64,000 nucleotides of DNA from Nemertoderma westbladi (Eukaryota; Animalia; Xenacoelomorpha), in contig JAUCBJ010007937.1 in assembly GCA_032718475.1 (NCBI GenBank), positions 1 to 64,000 on the forward strand, written 5' to 3'. Shown one piece after another: positions 36,480-47,876 of the stretch. The notes beneath the pieces were generated by a model. The model was given only the letters and a program-made list of their open reading frames with translations. It made no database searches and had not been told where the DNA came from. Position 1 is the first letter of the stretch; every line of letters starts with the position of its first letter. The position numbers were made by a program, and so were the translations under genes.

Positions 36480-36921
36480 TCACGACTAACTCTACCTATC
36501 TAACACGAGTGGCAGGGATGGGGAAACCCAACAAATGGGAGGGCCGCACATGGCGGCTAAAACTGGTTAGTCAACACGTAGGTAGAACTGTGTAATAAGT
36601 TTCCATACAATTTCCATATATCTGTTACCCAATATTAATTGTGTTCAATTGTCTATTATCTACTGCGGATGTCGGACGGTTTTTGACCGTCGTCGTTGCG
36701 TGTAGTACTTTGATTGTGCTGTAATCTATTTACCGGTATTTATACACATATCAGCTATTATTAACAACGATAAAGCAATAACTCTTTTAACTCTGTTATT
36801 CATACCGGCCTGCAGCCTTTTCAACCTTGATAGTCATCACAAGCGCGGCGATGCGTACTACTGTATACCACGACATAGAATTTCCCAGTCGGGATCCTTT
36901 GCCAACTCGGATCCCGTCACA
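36480..36921 (+). mobile_element. Probable solo LTR distantly related to the C family
   Basis: Ends GGATCCCGTCACA like C-family LTRs; ATATA on both sides (36475-36479, 36922-36926); left boundary ambiguous. Confidence 0.5.
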
Positions 36922-37011
36922 ATATAAGTTATGTTCAATCGAACCGCCTTTTAGTCTTCAAATAGGTATATATCTTGATTGATCGCCTCACATGGGCCAG
37001 GGCAGTTTTCG

Positions 37012-37204
37012 TTTCGGCACGAATGCATTAAAGGGACCAGCCAGGGCGCATCTCTGCCTTGCATCCTTAAGTGGTAGCTAAATGAGTACTCGAGTTTCCT
37101 CTGGGGAGTAAAGTTCTGGGGGGAACGCACTGGAAATAAGTCGTCAGACTTTGTGCGTAATCCCTGGCCTAGCGGCCGAAGAAAATTTACTTTTTTTTAC
37201 TTTT
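37012..37204 (+). repeat. SINE-like interspersed repeat, copy 2
   Basis: Matches 11208-11398. Confidence 0.6.
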
Positions 37205-37251
37205 GCTATTAAGATATGCTAAATAATATTTAAGTAACTTTTTTTTTGTAG

Positions 37252-37451
37252 ATGTGTTACCAACTGCAAGGAGAAACTCAACCCAGATGGTGTTTTTATT
37301 GCGATAGCGGAATGTGGTAATTGCGCGGATGAATATCCTGATGCCACCTACCATTGGCTGCTGGAATGCCATGGTTACAACCAGGAAAAATGCCAAACTG
37401 CGGGAAATATCGCTAATTTTCAATCCGATTTCGATGTGGCTCAAAATGACG
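37252..37451 (+). CDS. Host exon, REJ domain (RCVTNCKEKLNPDG...CGNC...YHWLL...)
   Basis: T-tract+tag acceptor, gttagt donor, phase 2->1 compatible; CxxNC..K.NP...CxxC...YxWxL REJ signature. Confidence 0.82.
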
Positions 37452-38680
37452 GTTAGTTAAATTTACATTGAAAATTATGTAGGAGCCCAAAATCGCTATA
37501 AAATACTTGTCAGGGCCAATTTGCCGGGTACCCAGATGACATTATTTAAGTAAATACATTTATTATTATTAAGTTATATATTTATTTCAATAATATATAT
37601 ATTTTATATTTAACAAGCTGGAAATACCCGAGGCTGCTTACCCGGTATTTCCCGATAATTGTATTGCTAGGCCTACCTAATGTAGAATGCAGTACCATTA
37701 ATATGTACGGTAATTCAAAAGAAAAAAACGGGCCGGTAACGGTTCTGCCAAAACCGGCAATATACTTTACCGGTACCGAACGAGAAATACACTTTTCGAA
37801 GTGACCTATAATGACAGCTCGTTAAAGTTTACGCCAAGTTTCAACGCAATCCCTCCACCCGTTTTAGAGGAGTTCGAGCACAACAGGGAGAGAGACAGTG
37901 AGAGAGAAATAATTTGGCTTTTATAGGCATGGATGATGTAGATCTTATGACCATGAGGACAGAACGCACACCAAAGAGTATCGTTTCGAGAAAAATAGCA
38001 AAAAAAAACTGTAATTTTAATTTATTAAAGAACGAGCTATCAGATAATCGATCATAGAGGCTGACCAACACTATAAATTAACTGTCTTATTATTTAGCCG
38101 GGTGGGTTGTTTAGAACAACCCGCACAGTTTACATGACTTCGGTTTGTGTACTGCGGGTTGTTTTACTTCTGTTATTTTGTAAACTTTAATGTTGTGTGG
38201 CTTATTCTGGTTCTCCTATTATCACAATATCATTCTAATTTGACCAGCATACGACTCTAGTATATTAGATATATTTATTATTGCTTCAGATTTATAGCTT
38301 TGATTGTAACGAGTCAAAAATACTGTCAATCCCTGGTTAATGTACCTTATCCAACATGCGCAAAACACACTTAGTTATCAATTTGTTATTTATAATATAA
38401 CTCTTGACTTCTATGGGATATCCGGTATTTTGTGGAGCTTTTCTGTTGTATTGTTTCGGACGCTGCAATATCGTCATTCCATGATGGATTCGCATTGTCT
38501 TCCAACACAAATATAATAAACGAACCATCACTAGAAACACGGTTGTCGGTGGTCTCGGGTCATCCAGAAGATATTCATGAGTCACATAATCCATTCAGCA
38601 TGTTACAGAGAACTGGTATGGTGTAACGTTCTAGAATTTTATTATCCCCCACACCACATATGGTAATAGGTGGCGTTAAT

Positions 38681-39210
38681 TGTGACGGAATCCAGGAGGG
38701 ATCCCGATTTATCCGGTATTTAGTTCACGCGTCCCCGCCGTGTATAAAGAGTGAATGAAAGTAAAATGAGTTCTGAAGTTCGGTGTATAATAATAGAGGT
38801 ATAAGATATAGATATATTGTATAGTATATGGAAGGCGGGATACGGTAACTAAAAGTCCCGTGCTCCCCTATCTAAACTAATTAACCTATGCTAGCACTAC
38901 TGCACTGAGATAACTGAATTACTGATATTGGGTTACTGGTTATATTGCACGGTTGGCCTGATTACTACCTAATCGATGCCTTGCCCCCCTCTGATTGGTT
39001 GATACCCTTGTTGGCGCCCTTTGGAGTGTTCCCGTTCACTCCACCTATTCTCTCTGGGTTAGGGGTTTGGCCCCTGACCCTCTATTGTGTGCTTCCTTCC
39101 CATTCTTATTGGGATGGCACGAGTTGGTTAATTATCCAATCTCGTGGCTCCCAATATTGCTTATCGGCTTATAACTTTATGGGGTGTTAGCGGGATTGAA
39201 TAAGCTAACA
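38681..39210 (-). repeat. 3' LTR of element C
   Basis: Direct repeat of 51527-52056. Confidence 0.95.
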
Positions 39211-39924
39211 CTCCCCCCCATGCTATCTTCCCGGTAAGAAGATAGCATCAACCAAAAAAGTGCGCTACAATCCCGCTGGATCCCGATCTAGTATCGGGTG
39301 TGGGGTGGAATTCTTTTCTCTCGGAGTCGGCTTTCCAGGCCGCCCCCTATGGGTATGATAACGCTACCCTGTGTGCCTGGCGTCTCATGTCGGGCCGATC
39401 GCGCTCACCTCTCACGCAACTTTTGTTTCCCCAACACTTCCGCCCTATCTCTTCTTCACTCTCACCCTAACTCTCTCACACTCGGACCTCCTCGTCCCTC
39501 ACTCAGCCTCTTATTCTCCCCCCCCCACACTAGAATTGCGTCCGCACTCTCTCCGCACTCCGCACTATTATTCCGTCCCTCAACCTCACTTCGACTGTCT
39601 CTTCCCTTCTGACGAATCTCCCCCCCCCCCTCTCGTGCCGTCGCACTCAAGAAGTGTGAAATTGTCTGGTGTCTCGTCCATAGTGCCATAGTCAGTTGTC
39701 CCCCAGTCCCAGTAGCTAATTGAGAAAGGTTGTATGACTATAGTACTTACTCCGAACGTATATATATTTCTAGATTACTAATTACTACGTACGTACATAC
39801 AAATTGCACTTATATGATTATTTTGCATTAATTGAATTTGTACTTAATAGTTCGTACATCCCACGCGGCGCCTACCAGGCGTACCACGTCCAAGTCCCAG
39901 TCTCTCTCCCTCGACTCTGGGAAC

Positions 39925-42474
39925 CTATCTGTTCCTCCGGGGGTAGTTCCCCCTGGCGTCCTCTTCCCTGGGTCGTTTCTTGGTTATCACCGTTCCTCTG
40001 GCATCATCCGCTTTCTGCTTTCGGACCTTCGCCGCCACTTCCTTGCTGATCCCGGTCGTTGGCTCCTTGGGCGCTGGTGTTATTAGTGCCCGATATCGCT
40101 TCGCCGGTGGCCCCTCAGAGTGGCCCGGTTGTCTCCCTCTAGTGGCGTCCCATAGGATCATTTTCATTGCCTTTGGTACGTGCTCCGCCAAGAAATCCCT
40201 AAACTCCCTTCGGTTCTCTGGCGTCCACCTGTCCAGATACCTTTGCGTGTTCATCACTCCAGCGTACGACGCCGCCGTTGCTACCTCTTGGTAGGTAAAC
40301 GGTAGCCTCCGCTTTATGATTTCCATGTGAGTCTCCTGATTGATAAGGAAGAAACCCCACTTGAACTCCTGGGCCTTCATGCGCTGGCGCGTCATGGCCC
40401 CGACGTCGGCCCACTCCTCGAATCTTGTGAACTTCTCCTCGTCGTTCATCCAGTCGCACTCGCGCCCGTAGTGTCCCCGAAAGTGGCACTTTGGACATCG
40501 GTTATGCAACCGTGGACACGCCCCCATCCTGTGACTTGGTTCTCTGCAGTAGAGACAAAAGGTTCCCTGTTGGAACCGGTATAGGCAGCTGCTTTCCCGA
40601 TGGGTCTGTCTCCCACAGTAGTCGCAGCCGAGTACCAATGTCTCCCGTCCCACCTCGTCTTTCGTCCCAAGCGATCTCCGCGGTCTGTGGAGTCGCTGGT
40701 AGGCGAACTTCTCTACGTTGGTCTCCCTGTCTACGTCGATCTCTCCGCCCCTCTCGGGCATCGTCTCCCCGAATACTATCCGTGGTGCCGTCCCCGGTTG
40801 CTCGCCCAACCTGATGGTGCTCCCCGCGAAATCCATCGCCGGCTCCTCGTGCACCCAGGTCCGCTTGCCGGATCTGTTCCAGAAGGCCCTCGCCCCACTG
40901 GCCGTCACCACCCTTCCGCCAACCCAGTCCGTGTCCGAGTGGCCTATCCTCTCGATGGGCGGCATCTCTCCGAACTCGTCGTCGTCGTCCTCCTCTTCTG
41001 GTAGTGTCTCCAATCCCGGTATCCCGATGGATCCACTATGTCCCTTCCCGCCTTGGCTCTCGCCCGTAGCTCTCCATCCCTCTAGCTCCCTTAACTTCCT
41101 TGGCGGTTGGTCGCCCTCGGCGCCCGCTGGTATGGGCATCGTTCGCAACCCCGACGTCGACTGTTTCGGCGATCCCACCGTCCATCCCAATTCTCGCCCC
41201 AGAGACTCCCCCGAACTCCCTGATGAAGTCCAATGAAGCTCGTCTAGGCCCGCCTGTTCCTCGAAGCCGTAACTCTGTGTCCTGGCCTCCTCTTCCCTCT
41301 CCTCTGCTTCTATCCTCTCCCGTCTAGCGACTTCTTCCAGTCGCTTTGCTTCTCGTCTATCCGTCTCTAGCTGCTCCCATCTCTGATACGGTGTATCTGT
41401 CTCCCCGTCTACCAGATGTCGGCTGTTGTAATACACCGACTCGCCCTTCAGCCCCGGGTGGTCTACCAGACCGTCAAAAGCCACTTTAAAGGCTCTCCTG
41501 TAGCTTAGGGGTGATCCCGATAACAGAAATGCCCCTGGTTCCCTCTCGATAATCACGGTCATGAATAAGTTAAGCAAACTTATCATCATCCAGTCCTCCT
41601 GCAGGATATATCGCTTCTGATATACCTTTATCGCTCCCCTGCGGAACTGATATACCTCCTGCTTTCCCGGTCTCGCTCCCCACTTTAGCGAGTTCGCTAG
41701 TTCTGCTCCGTATTCTTCCCTAAACTTCCCCCAGTCCATCGGTTTGTGGCACACGAGCCCCAATAATTGGCCCATCGCCACCGCCCCGCATTGGCCTGTG
41801 TTTTCGACTACCCCCAATCCATCCGGTGCCGTCATAGCCATAAAGACTTTCTGCATATCCAGGAGGTTGGTGGCGTCCGGACCGATGATCCTCTCCGCGT
41901 CCTCGCGAATCGCCGATCCCACTTTCGTCGTCGACTTCTCTCTTACTAAGACTTGTACCGCTTTCGGTAATCGGTCTAATTTCGGCCCGTCCTTCTTCCC
42001 ATACGTCCCTAGGTCGAATAAGAAGATGTCCCCATTTGGCGCGGCCAAATGTAGGAGTATGGTCCTGGCCGACCCTGCCATTCCTCGTCTCGAACCCGCT
42101 TCGTCTTCCACGGTTCCCTCGTCATCTAGGATCATATATCCTCCTCTGTTGACGGACTCTATGAATCTCTTCCAGTCCTTCCTCGGTGATTCCCTCAGGT
42201 ATTTCGGAATCCCGAACTTCGCCTCGTCCCCTTTCACCACGTAATGGAAGTGTTGGAAAATCGCGTTGTCTAGCGACGGCGTCCCGTAGGTCCTGACCAG
42301 CCGCTGTTCGTGCATCTCTCTGAAGTGATCCTGCAGCGCTCGCGCCGCGTGACCCCTTTCCAACCTCTCGTAGTATCCTCTCGTCTTCTCTTCCGGATGT
42401 CTCTCGGTGAAATCCACCAGTATTTCCTTTCCTCCTGACTCCGCCTTTCTCTTTCTGATCAACTTACTCGCCAT
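39925..42474 (-). CDS. Accessory ORF of element C: DEDD(y)-like 3'-5' exonuclease plus 3 CCHC zinc knuckles, 849 aa
   Basis: GYMILDDEG (ExoI), LLHLAAPNGDIFLF, LPKAV...EKSTTKVGSAIRED (ExoII), LLDM, QKRYILQED (ExoIII-like); CDYCGRQTHRESSC, CLYCREPSHRMGAC, CPKCHFRGHYGREC. Confidence 0.82.
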   Translation of the reverse strand: MASKLIRKRKAESGGKEILVDFTERHPEEKTRGYYERLERGHAARALQDHFREMHEQRLVRTYGTPSLDNAIFQHFHYVVKGDEAKFGIPKYLRESPRKDWKRFIESVNRGGYMILDDEGTVEDEAGSRRGMAGSARTILLHLAAPNGDIFLFDLGTYGKKDGPKLDRLPKAVQVLVREKSTTKVGSAIREDAERIIGPDATNLLDMQKVFMAMTAPDGLGVVENTGQCGAVAMGQLLGLVCHKPMDWGKFREEYGAELANSLKWGARPGKQEVYQFRRGAIKVYQKRYILQEDWMMISLLNLFMTVIIEREPGAFLLSGSPLSYRRAFKVAFDGLVDHPGLKGESVYYNSRHLVDGETDTPYQRWEQLETDRREAKRLEEVARRERIEAEEREEEARTQSYGFEEQAGLDELHWTSSGSSGESLGRELGWTVGSPKQSTSGLRTMPIPAGAEGDQPPRKLRELEGWRATGESQGGKGHSGSIGIPGLETLPEEEDDDDEFGEMPPIERIGHSDTDWVGGRVVTASGARAFWNRSGKRTWVHEEPAMDFAGSTIRLGEQPGTAPRIVFGETMPERGGEIDVDRETNVEKFAYQRLHRPRRSLGTKDEVGRETLVLGCDYCGRQTHRESSCLYRFQQGTFCLYCREPSHRMGACPRLHNRCPKCHFRGHYGRECDWMNDEEKFTRFEEWADVGAMTRQRMKAQEFKWGFFLINQETHMEIIKRRLPFTYQEVATAASYAGVMNTQRYLDRWTPENRREFRDFLAEHVPKAMKMILWDATRGRQPGHSEGPPAKRYRALITPAPKEPTTGISKEVAAKVRKQKADDARGTVITKKRPREEDARGNYPRRNR

Positions 42475-42908
42475 TCCGAATGTTCACTCGCTCACCTGCA
42501 AGGTGGTGCCTTACCAAGGCGCAATACAGATGAGTGATGTATCTAGGATGTTCTGTACAGTTCGATAATGGCCTATTTCCTACTTAACTGCGCCTTTAAC
42601 CTAAATTATTCCTAATTAATTTTGAAGCTAGTAAATGAGCGTAATTTACAATTTCTGTCCGTTACTAACTAACGGTACTTACGTACCCTCTAACTAACTC
42701 TCTAACTGGCGGTACTACGTACCTCCTAACTAACTAACTAACTAGGTACTACGTACCTTCTTACTAACTCTCTGCCTACTAACTGCGTACCTACCATGTA
42801 CTATTTTTTTTATTTTATTTTATTATTTTGTTTGTGGGAAGGGCGTCTCGCCCTCAATCCCACCCCCTCAGTCCAAAACTTGGACGACTAAACTTTCCTC
42901 TAACTTTG

Positions 42909-45900
42909 CTAAGGTGCCCCTTCCAATAGACAGTATTTACCTACAGCTCTCCTGTAAGTTTTTCTGTCCTTCGCACCTATCTTTCCACCTATCCGCACTT
43001 CTACCGATCGGACTCTTCCGTCCTCGTCGGAGTAGGTGCCTACAACTCTCGCCAACCGCCATTGGTTGTTGATGATAGTATCATCCGTGACGATTACGAG
43101 ATCTCCTGCTCTCAACTCCCTGTTTGACTTCCTCCACTTGCTTCGTTTATGGAGCGTGGGTAGGTATTCTTCGACCCACCTCCTCCAATACTCTGCGCTT
43201 ATTGCTTTAGCGACTTTCCAACTTTGGCGGGAGTGTATGTCGTCTGGGTCTACACCCCGCATATCGATGGTCGCTGGCCTCTCCATTAGGAAATGGCTAG
43301 GCGTTAGCACGTCTAGCGACTCAGGGTCATCATTCTCCGGATATAGCGGTCTGCTATTAATGATCCCCTCGCACTTCGCAAGTACTGTACGTAAGACGTC
43401 CTCGGTGACCATGTGGGTGTTCATTAGCTTCGTCATTAGACGCTTTGAACTGCCCACCAGTCTCTCGATGCATCCTAGTGTATGTGGTGCATACGGCGTC
43501 CTTCTCTCCCACTTTTCTTGTCGTCTCCTCATGGCTGCCTTGACTTCTTCTCCCTCCAAGGTGTCCAGGGCCTCTGCCATCTCACTCTCTGCGCCCACAA
43601 AGTTGGTGCCGTTGTCGCTGTATATCACTGCGATCGTCCCACCTTTGCGGTCCCTAAACCTTTCTAAGGCGTTAATGAACGCTGATGTGGTTGCATCTTG
43701 GGCGAGTTCTATCCCTACCGCCCGCGTATTGTTGCATACGAAGATAATGCCGTAGCGTTTCTCCATGTGTCGCATCACTTTGATCTTTATCGGCCCGAAC
43801 ATGTCCACACCGCAATGCGTAAATGGCGGGTCGTGCTGTCTTACCCTACTCGCCGGTAGTGGCGCCATCTCCTGTACGGCTCGCTCCTTCTTCGCTCGTC
43901 GGCAGGTCTGGCACTGCCCCACTACCGCTTTAACCTTCTTCCTTAATTGTTTGACCCAATAGGTCCTCCTTATCTCTGTGAGGGTTCGGTTGGTGCCCCC
44001 GTGCAATATCGATTTGTGGGAGTCCCATATAATCTGGTGGACTATTGGCGATCCTGTAGGAATGATGATGGGTTTCGGTGGTACGACTATGCTGTTGTTG
44101 TATCCCACCCTAGAATTCATTACTAGAATCCCGTCGTCATTGAGTTGTGGCGACAGCGTAATCAGCTCGCTGTCCCGTCGGAGGTGCTGTTGGTTACCGA
44201 CGCGTTCCACCTCGTCACCGTAGTTCTTCCGTTGTTCATAGCGGATCACTGCCTTGGCCGCTCCTTCCAGATCTATGGTTGTCCTGATCTTCTTGCCCTT
44301 GCCGACTCCCGCAAGGAAATTCCCGAAGGCTCTCCAGTACGCCACTAGTTTCTTGGTCTTATACCAACTAGAACTGTAGCTGAGGAGTTTATCCGTTGGG
44401 TTATCGCACAGTTCCCTTCCTGGTTGCACGTCCCTAATCTCCCTCACCATCTGGGAGTATATCTCTTCTCCATCTGAATCTCCCTCTTCTCCTTCTGATA
44501 CTACTTCCGAGCCCGGGTCCACCTTCCTCATCGGCGGCCAGGCCTCCCTATCGCTCAGAAATTGTGGCCCATGTTGCCACAATACTTCCTTCTTCAGGAA
44601 AGTGTGGCGTTCCACGCCCCTCGACAGCAAGTCCGCTGGGTTCTCGTCTGTTGGGCAGTAGTGCCACCTTTCCAGTTCTGTGCTCGCCCTTATTTCGTCC
44701 ACTCTATTCGCGACGAATATCGGGTATCTCGTCCTTTCGTTGTATAGCCAACCAAGCACTACCATGGAGTCCGTCCAGTAGTGTGTCTCCACTATGTTGG
44801 GAATAGTATCCACTAGGTAGGCTGTGGCTCTTACTCCTAGTCTCGCAGCTGTCAATTCTAACTTGGGAACTGATGCTGAATCTGGCGGCGTTGACTTTGC
44901 TTTGCTAAAGGCTAGCCTTGGCTTATGAGCCCCCTCTCGTTCTACTAAGTAGAGTGCCGCTCCGTACGCTTCCAACGACGCGTCGGAGAACATGTGTAGG
45001 TCCAGATTCGTCATGTTCCCATCCGGGAAATACACCCTTGGCATGTTGTATGTTCCCATCTTCTCCAAGTTTCCTGTCCACTTGCTCCACTGTTTCTTGA
45101 TTTCCTCTGGTACCTCTACGTCCCACTCATCTTTCAATTTGTATACTCTCTTGAGTATCTGTTTCCCCGTGACTAATAATGGGGATGCTAGGCCTAGGGG
45201 ATCGTATATCCTTGCTATATACGATACATAGCCCCTCTTCGTGTGGATGTCTGCGCCCTCCTGGCTCAGCTGATACTTCAGTTCGTCTGTCTCTCTATCC
45301 CACACGATTCCCAATGCCTTCTGCTGGGATTCCGTTCTCTTAATCGCCATGTCCTGCCCTTTGGCTGTTGTGGGATTATCCATGGTCGATTCTGGTTTCC
45401 TGTCCTCTATGGCTTTGATAAATTCTTCCGAACTGGATTGGAATTTGGTCAGGTTAAAGCCGGATCCTTTTAGGATGTCGCGAACCTCGCGCCCTGTATC
45501 CAGTATCTCCTTAACCGTATTTCCAGACTCCATTCCGTCGTCTACGTAGAAGCCGCGTCGAATCATATCGACGGCCCTACTGCTGTATCTATCTTCCTTC
45601 CCCTTTACTGTGTCTCTCACTGCCATAGTCGTCATAAATGAAGACGACTTGGCCCCCATGTTCTGTACTATCATCTTATATGCTGGTATTATCGGCGGTT
45701 CTTCTTCGCCGTTATACCATAAGAAGCGTTGACTGTCGCTATCTTCTTCCGTTACACGGACTTGGTTGAACATGCCTTCTATGTCACACGTGAAGGCGTG
45801 TTTCCCATTTCGAAATCTAAGTAACACCTCTATGCCCGAATTGTAAATGTTTGGGCCTTCTAACAGGTAGTCGTTTAAGCACTTTCCATCGGTCTTTGCC

Positions 45901-47876
45901 GATGCGTCGACTACCATCCTTAGTTTACCTTTCTTTGGATCTAAAGCCACGTGCAGTGGCAGGTAATATGTTCTATCCGTGTTCGGCTCGTCGACCGGTA
46001 ACTCCACGGCCCATCCTTTCTCGACGTACTTCTTAATTGTTCTGTGGATGTACTCATTCTTCTCGGGGCTCCGTTTTAGTGTTTGTTTCAGTTTGCGGAG
46101 TCTCGTGAGTACCATCCCCCTATTGTCGGGCAGCGTTATCTTCGGTAGTTTCCATACCATTCCTATAGTATACCATCCCTCATCGCACGTCATTGATTCC
46201 TCCACGCTTTGTAGTGCCTGTTTGTCTTCTACCGAGGTCCCGACCCCGGTTTCTTTCAGTCCCTCGAAATCTTGTCTGAGCAGTCTTTTGAGCTGCTCCT
46301 CTGCTCCCTCATCACCCATTTCCTGCATTGTCCCCGCGAACATGCATCCTGATGTCTCCGACATCCTAAATGGTATCTTGCTCTTGATTGGACCACTCAG
46401 CGTCCACCCGAATGGTGTTAATATGGCCACCGGGTCACTCTGCTTGTCTTCACCGAAGACCGTTTGCATTCTTTCGTGGGCCGTTGGGCAGTCCATACCT
46501 ACTATGATGGATACCTTCCTAACGTCCACGTCTGGGATTGAGAAGTCAATGTTGTCCAGGAATTTATACTGCTCGACCTCGATGTTGGTTGGCCGCCTGG
46601 CATTGATATTAATTGACTCTATCACTTGAATGGGGTCGATGGTTGCCCCATAGTCGCATCCCGGTGCCACTGCTGCAATTGCGCACCGTCCTGTTCTCAT
46701 CTCCAGGATCTCATCTTTACTAGAGATGGTTGTTACCGCCATTCTGCTTGGCCTCGTTCTCAATCCTATCTCCTCGGCCACCCATTCCTCGACTAATGTG
46801 AAGGCAGCTCCACTATCAACCAGCATTAGTGTTGTTACTGATCGATTGCCTTCCCCGATCACTCGTACTGGTACTACTCCAAGTAGCACCGTTCCTCTTT
46901 TCTTCGCCCCTACTGTGCTCGTCGCCATCGTTTGGCCTCTCCTTTGGCCAAATTTCATTGGCCTCTCCTTGCACTCCCTTGCTCTATGTCCACTCATTAC
47001 ACATCGCGAGCAGATTTTATTGCTGAACGCATAATCTATCTGATCTTGCCTAGGTAGCGCCTGCCAGTACCTGCAGTTCATAGTTTGATGAGGCGCATTT
47101 GCGTGTAGCTGGCATTTGCTCTTTGGGTCGTAGCCCTCTTTATACAGTGCATTGCGTATCGCAGTTGCGTTCGTACCAAAGTCCCTACTATTCTTATTGT
47201 TTGGGTTTTGCCTATTGGACGTACTGGGGTTATGTTTATTCGTGTTATTATTGTTTCCCTGTCCGTTCCATGATGTTGTCTTATCCTCGGCTAGCTGTGG
47301 ACTTGCAGTCCCCTGCGTCGCTGCATATGGCAATGATTGCCTGAGTCTCGGTAATGCGTTCGATGTGTTGTGCTCTGGTTTCGGTCTATGGTAGTCTGTC
47401 TTCGGTCCCTTTCCCAGGCTGTCTTCGCTATAGACTGGGTCAGTTATTAGTTCAGCCTCGTAGTTTAAGAAGTTTGACATTTCTTCTAAACCCGGTTCCG
47501 CACCCTTCTTATCTCGAGTGGAGAAGGCAATTTTCCTCCATTTGTTGCGCAGCCAGTTTGGTAGTGCCTGCGCTATCTTGGTGATGTTGTTGGACGCATT
47601 GAGCTCGTACGGCGCGTCTAGCGTCTTCAGCACGATTAGCGCCTTTTCGACTTTGTTAGCGAACGTCTTAATGCTAACGGGATTATCCTGTAGGCCACCC
47701 GATGTTATGCCTCTCAGCGTCTGCCTGATGATCTTGGCCGGGTGCCCGTATTCCCTATCCAGTGCCCGCCATGCTGTCGTGAAGCCGCCCTCTATTCCTT
47801 GATATTGCCTCACGATGTCGTATGCTGGGCCTCCCGTGTACACTTGTAGATACTTTAGGCACTCCGCCTGCGTCAA
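42909..47876 (-). CDS. BEL/Pao Gag core-PR-RT-RH-IN of element C (distal part of the polyprotein)
   Basis: CSRCVMSGHRAREC, LVDSGA, YVDD, FSDAS, SDNGTNF. Confidence 0.93.
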   Translation of the reverse strand: MTQAECLKYLQVYTGGPAYDIVRQYQGIEGGFTTAWRALDREYGHPAKIIRQTLRGITSGGLQDNPVSIKTFANKVEKALIVLKTLDAPYELNASNNITKIAQALPNWLRNKWRKIAFSTRDKKGAEPGLEEMSNFLNYEAELITDPVYSEDSLGKGPKTDYHRPKPEHNTSNALPRLRQSLPYAATQGTASPQLAEDKTTSWNGQGNNNNTNKHNPSTSNRQNPNNKNSRDFGTNATAIRNALYKEGYDPKSKCQLHANAPHQTMNCRYWQALPRQDQIDYAFSNKICSRCVMSGHRARECKERPMKFGQRRGQTMATSTVGAKKRGTVLLGVVPVRVIGEGNRSVTTLMLVDSGAAFTLVEEWVAEEIGLRTRPSRMAVTTISSKDEILEMRTGRCAIAAVAPGCDYGATIDPIQVIESININARRPTNIEVEQYKFLDNIDFSIPDVDVRKVSIIVGMDCPTAHERMQTVFGEDKQSDPVAILTPFGWTLSGPIKSKIPFRMSETSGCMFAGTMQEMGDEGAEEQLKRLLRQDFEGLKETGVGTSVEDKQALQSVEESMTCDEGWYTIGMVWKLPKITLPDNRGMVLTRLRKLKQTLKRSPEKNEYIHRTIKKYVEKGWAVELPVDEPNTDRTYYLPLHVALDPKKGKLRMVVDASAKTDGKCLNDYLLEGPNIYNSGIEVLLRFRNGKHAFTCDIEGMFNQVRVTEEDSDSQRFLWYNGEEEPPIIPAYKMIVQNMGAKSSSFMTTMAVRDTVKGKEDRYSSRAVDMIRRGFYVDDGMESGNTVKEILDTGREVRDILKGSGFNLTKFQSSSEEFIKAIEDRKPESTMDNPTTAKGQDMAIKRTESQQKALGIVWDRETDELKYQLSQEGADIHTKRGYVSYIARIYDPLGLASPLLVTGKQILKRVYKLKDEWDVEVPEEIKKQWSKWTGNLEKMGTYNMPRVYFPDGNMTNLDLHMFSDASLEAYGAALYLVEREGAHKPRLAFSKAKSTPPDSASVPKLELTAARLGVRATAYLVDTIPNIVETHYWTDSMVVLGWLYNERTRYPIFVANRVDEIRASTELERWHYCPTDENPADLLSRGVERHTFLKKEVLWQHGPQFLSDREAWPPMRKVDPGSEVVSEGEEGDSDGEEIYSQMVREIRDVQPGRELCDNPTDKLLSYSSSWYKTKKLVAYWRAFGNFLAGVGKGKKIRTTIDLEGAAKAVIRYEQRKNYGDEVERVGNQQHLRRDSELITLSPQLNDDGILVMNSRVGYNNSIVVPPKPIIIPTGSPIVHQIIWDSHKSILHGGTNRTLTEIRRTYWVKQLRKKVKAVVGQCQTCRRAKKERAVQEMAPLPASRVRQHDPPFTHCGVDMFGPIKIKVMRHMEKRYGIIFVCNNTRAVGIELAQDATTSAFINALERFRDRKGGTIAVIYSDNGTNFVGAESEMAEALDTLEGEEVKAAMRRRQEKWERRTPYAPHTLGCIERLVGSSKRLMTKLMNTHMVTEDVLRTVLAKCEGIINSRPLYPENDDPESLDVLTPSHFLMERPATIDMRGVDPDDIHSRQSWKVAKAISAEYWRRWVEEYLPTLHKRSKWRKSNRELRAGDLVIVTDDTIINNQWRLARVVGTYSDEDGRVRSVEVRIGGKIGAKDRKTYRRAVGKYCLLEGAP

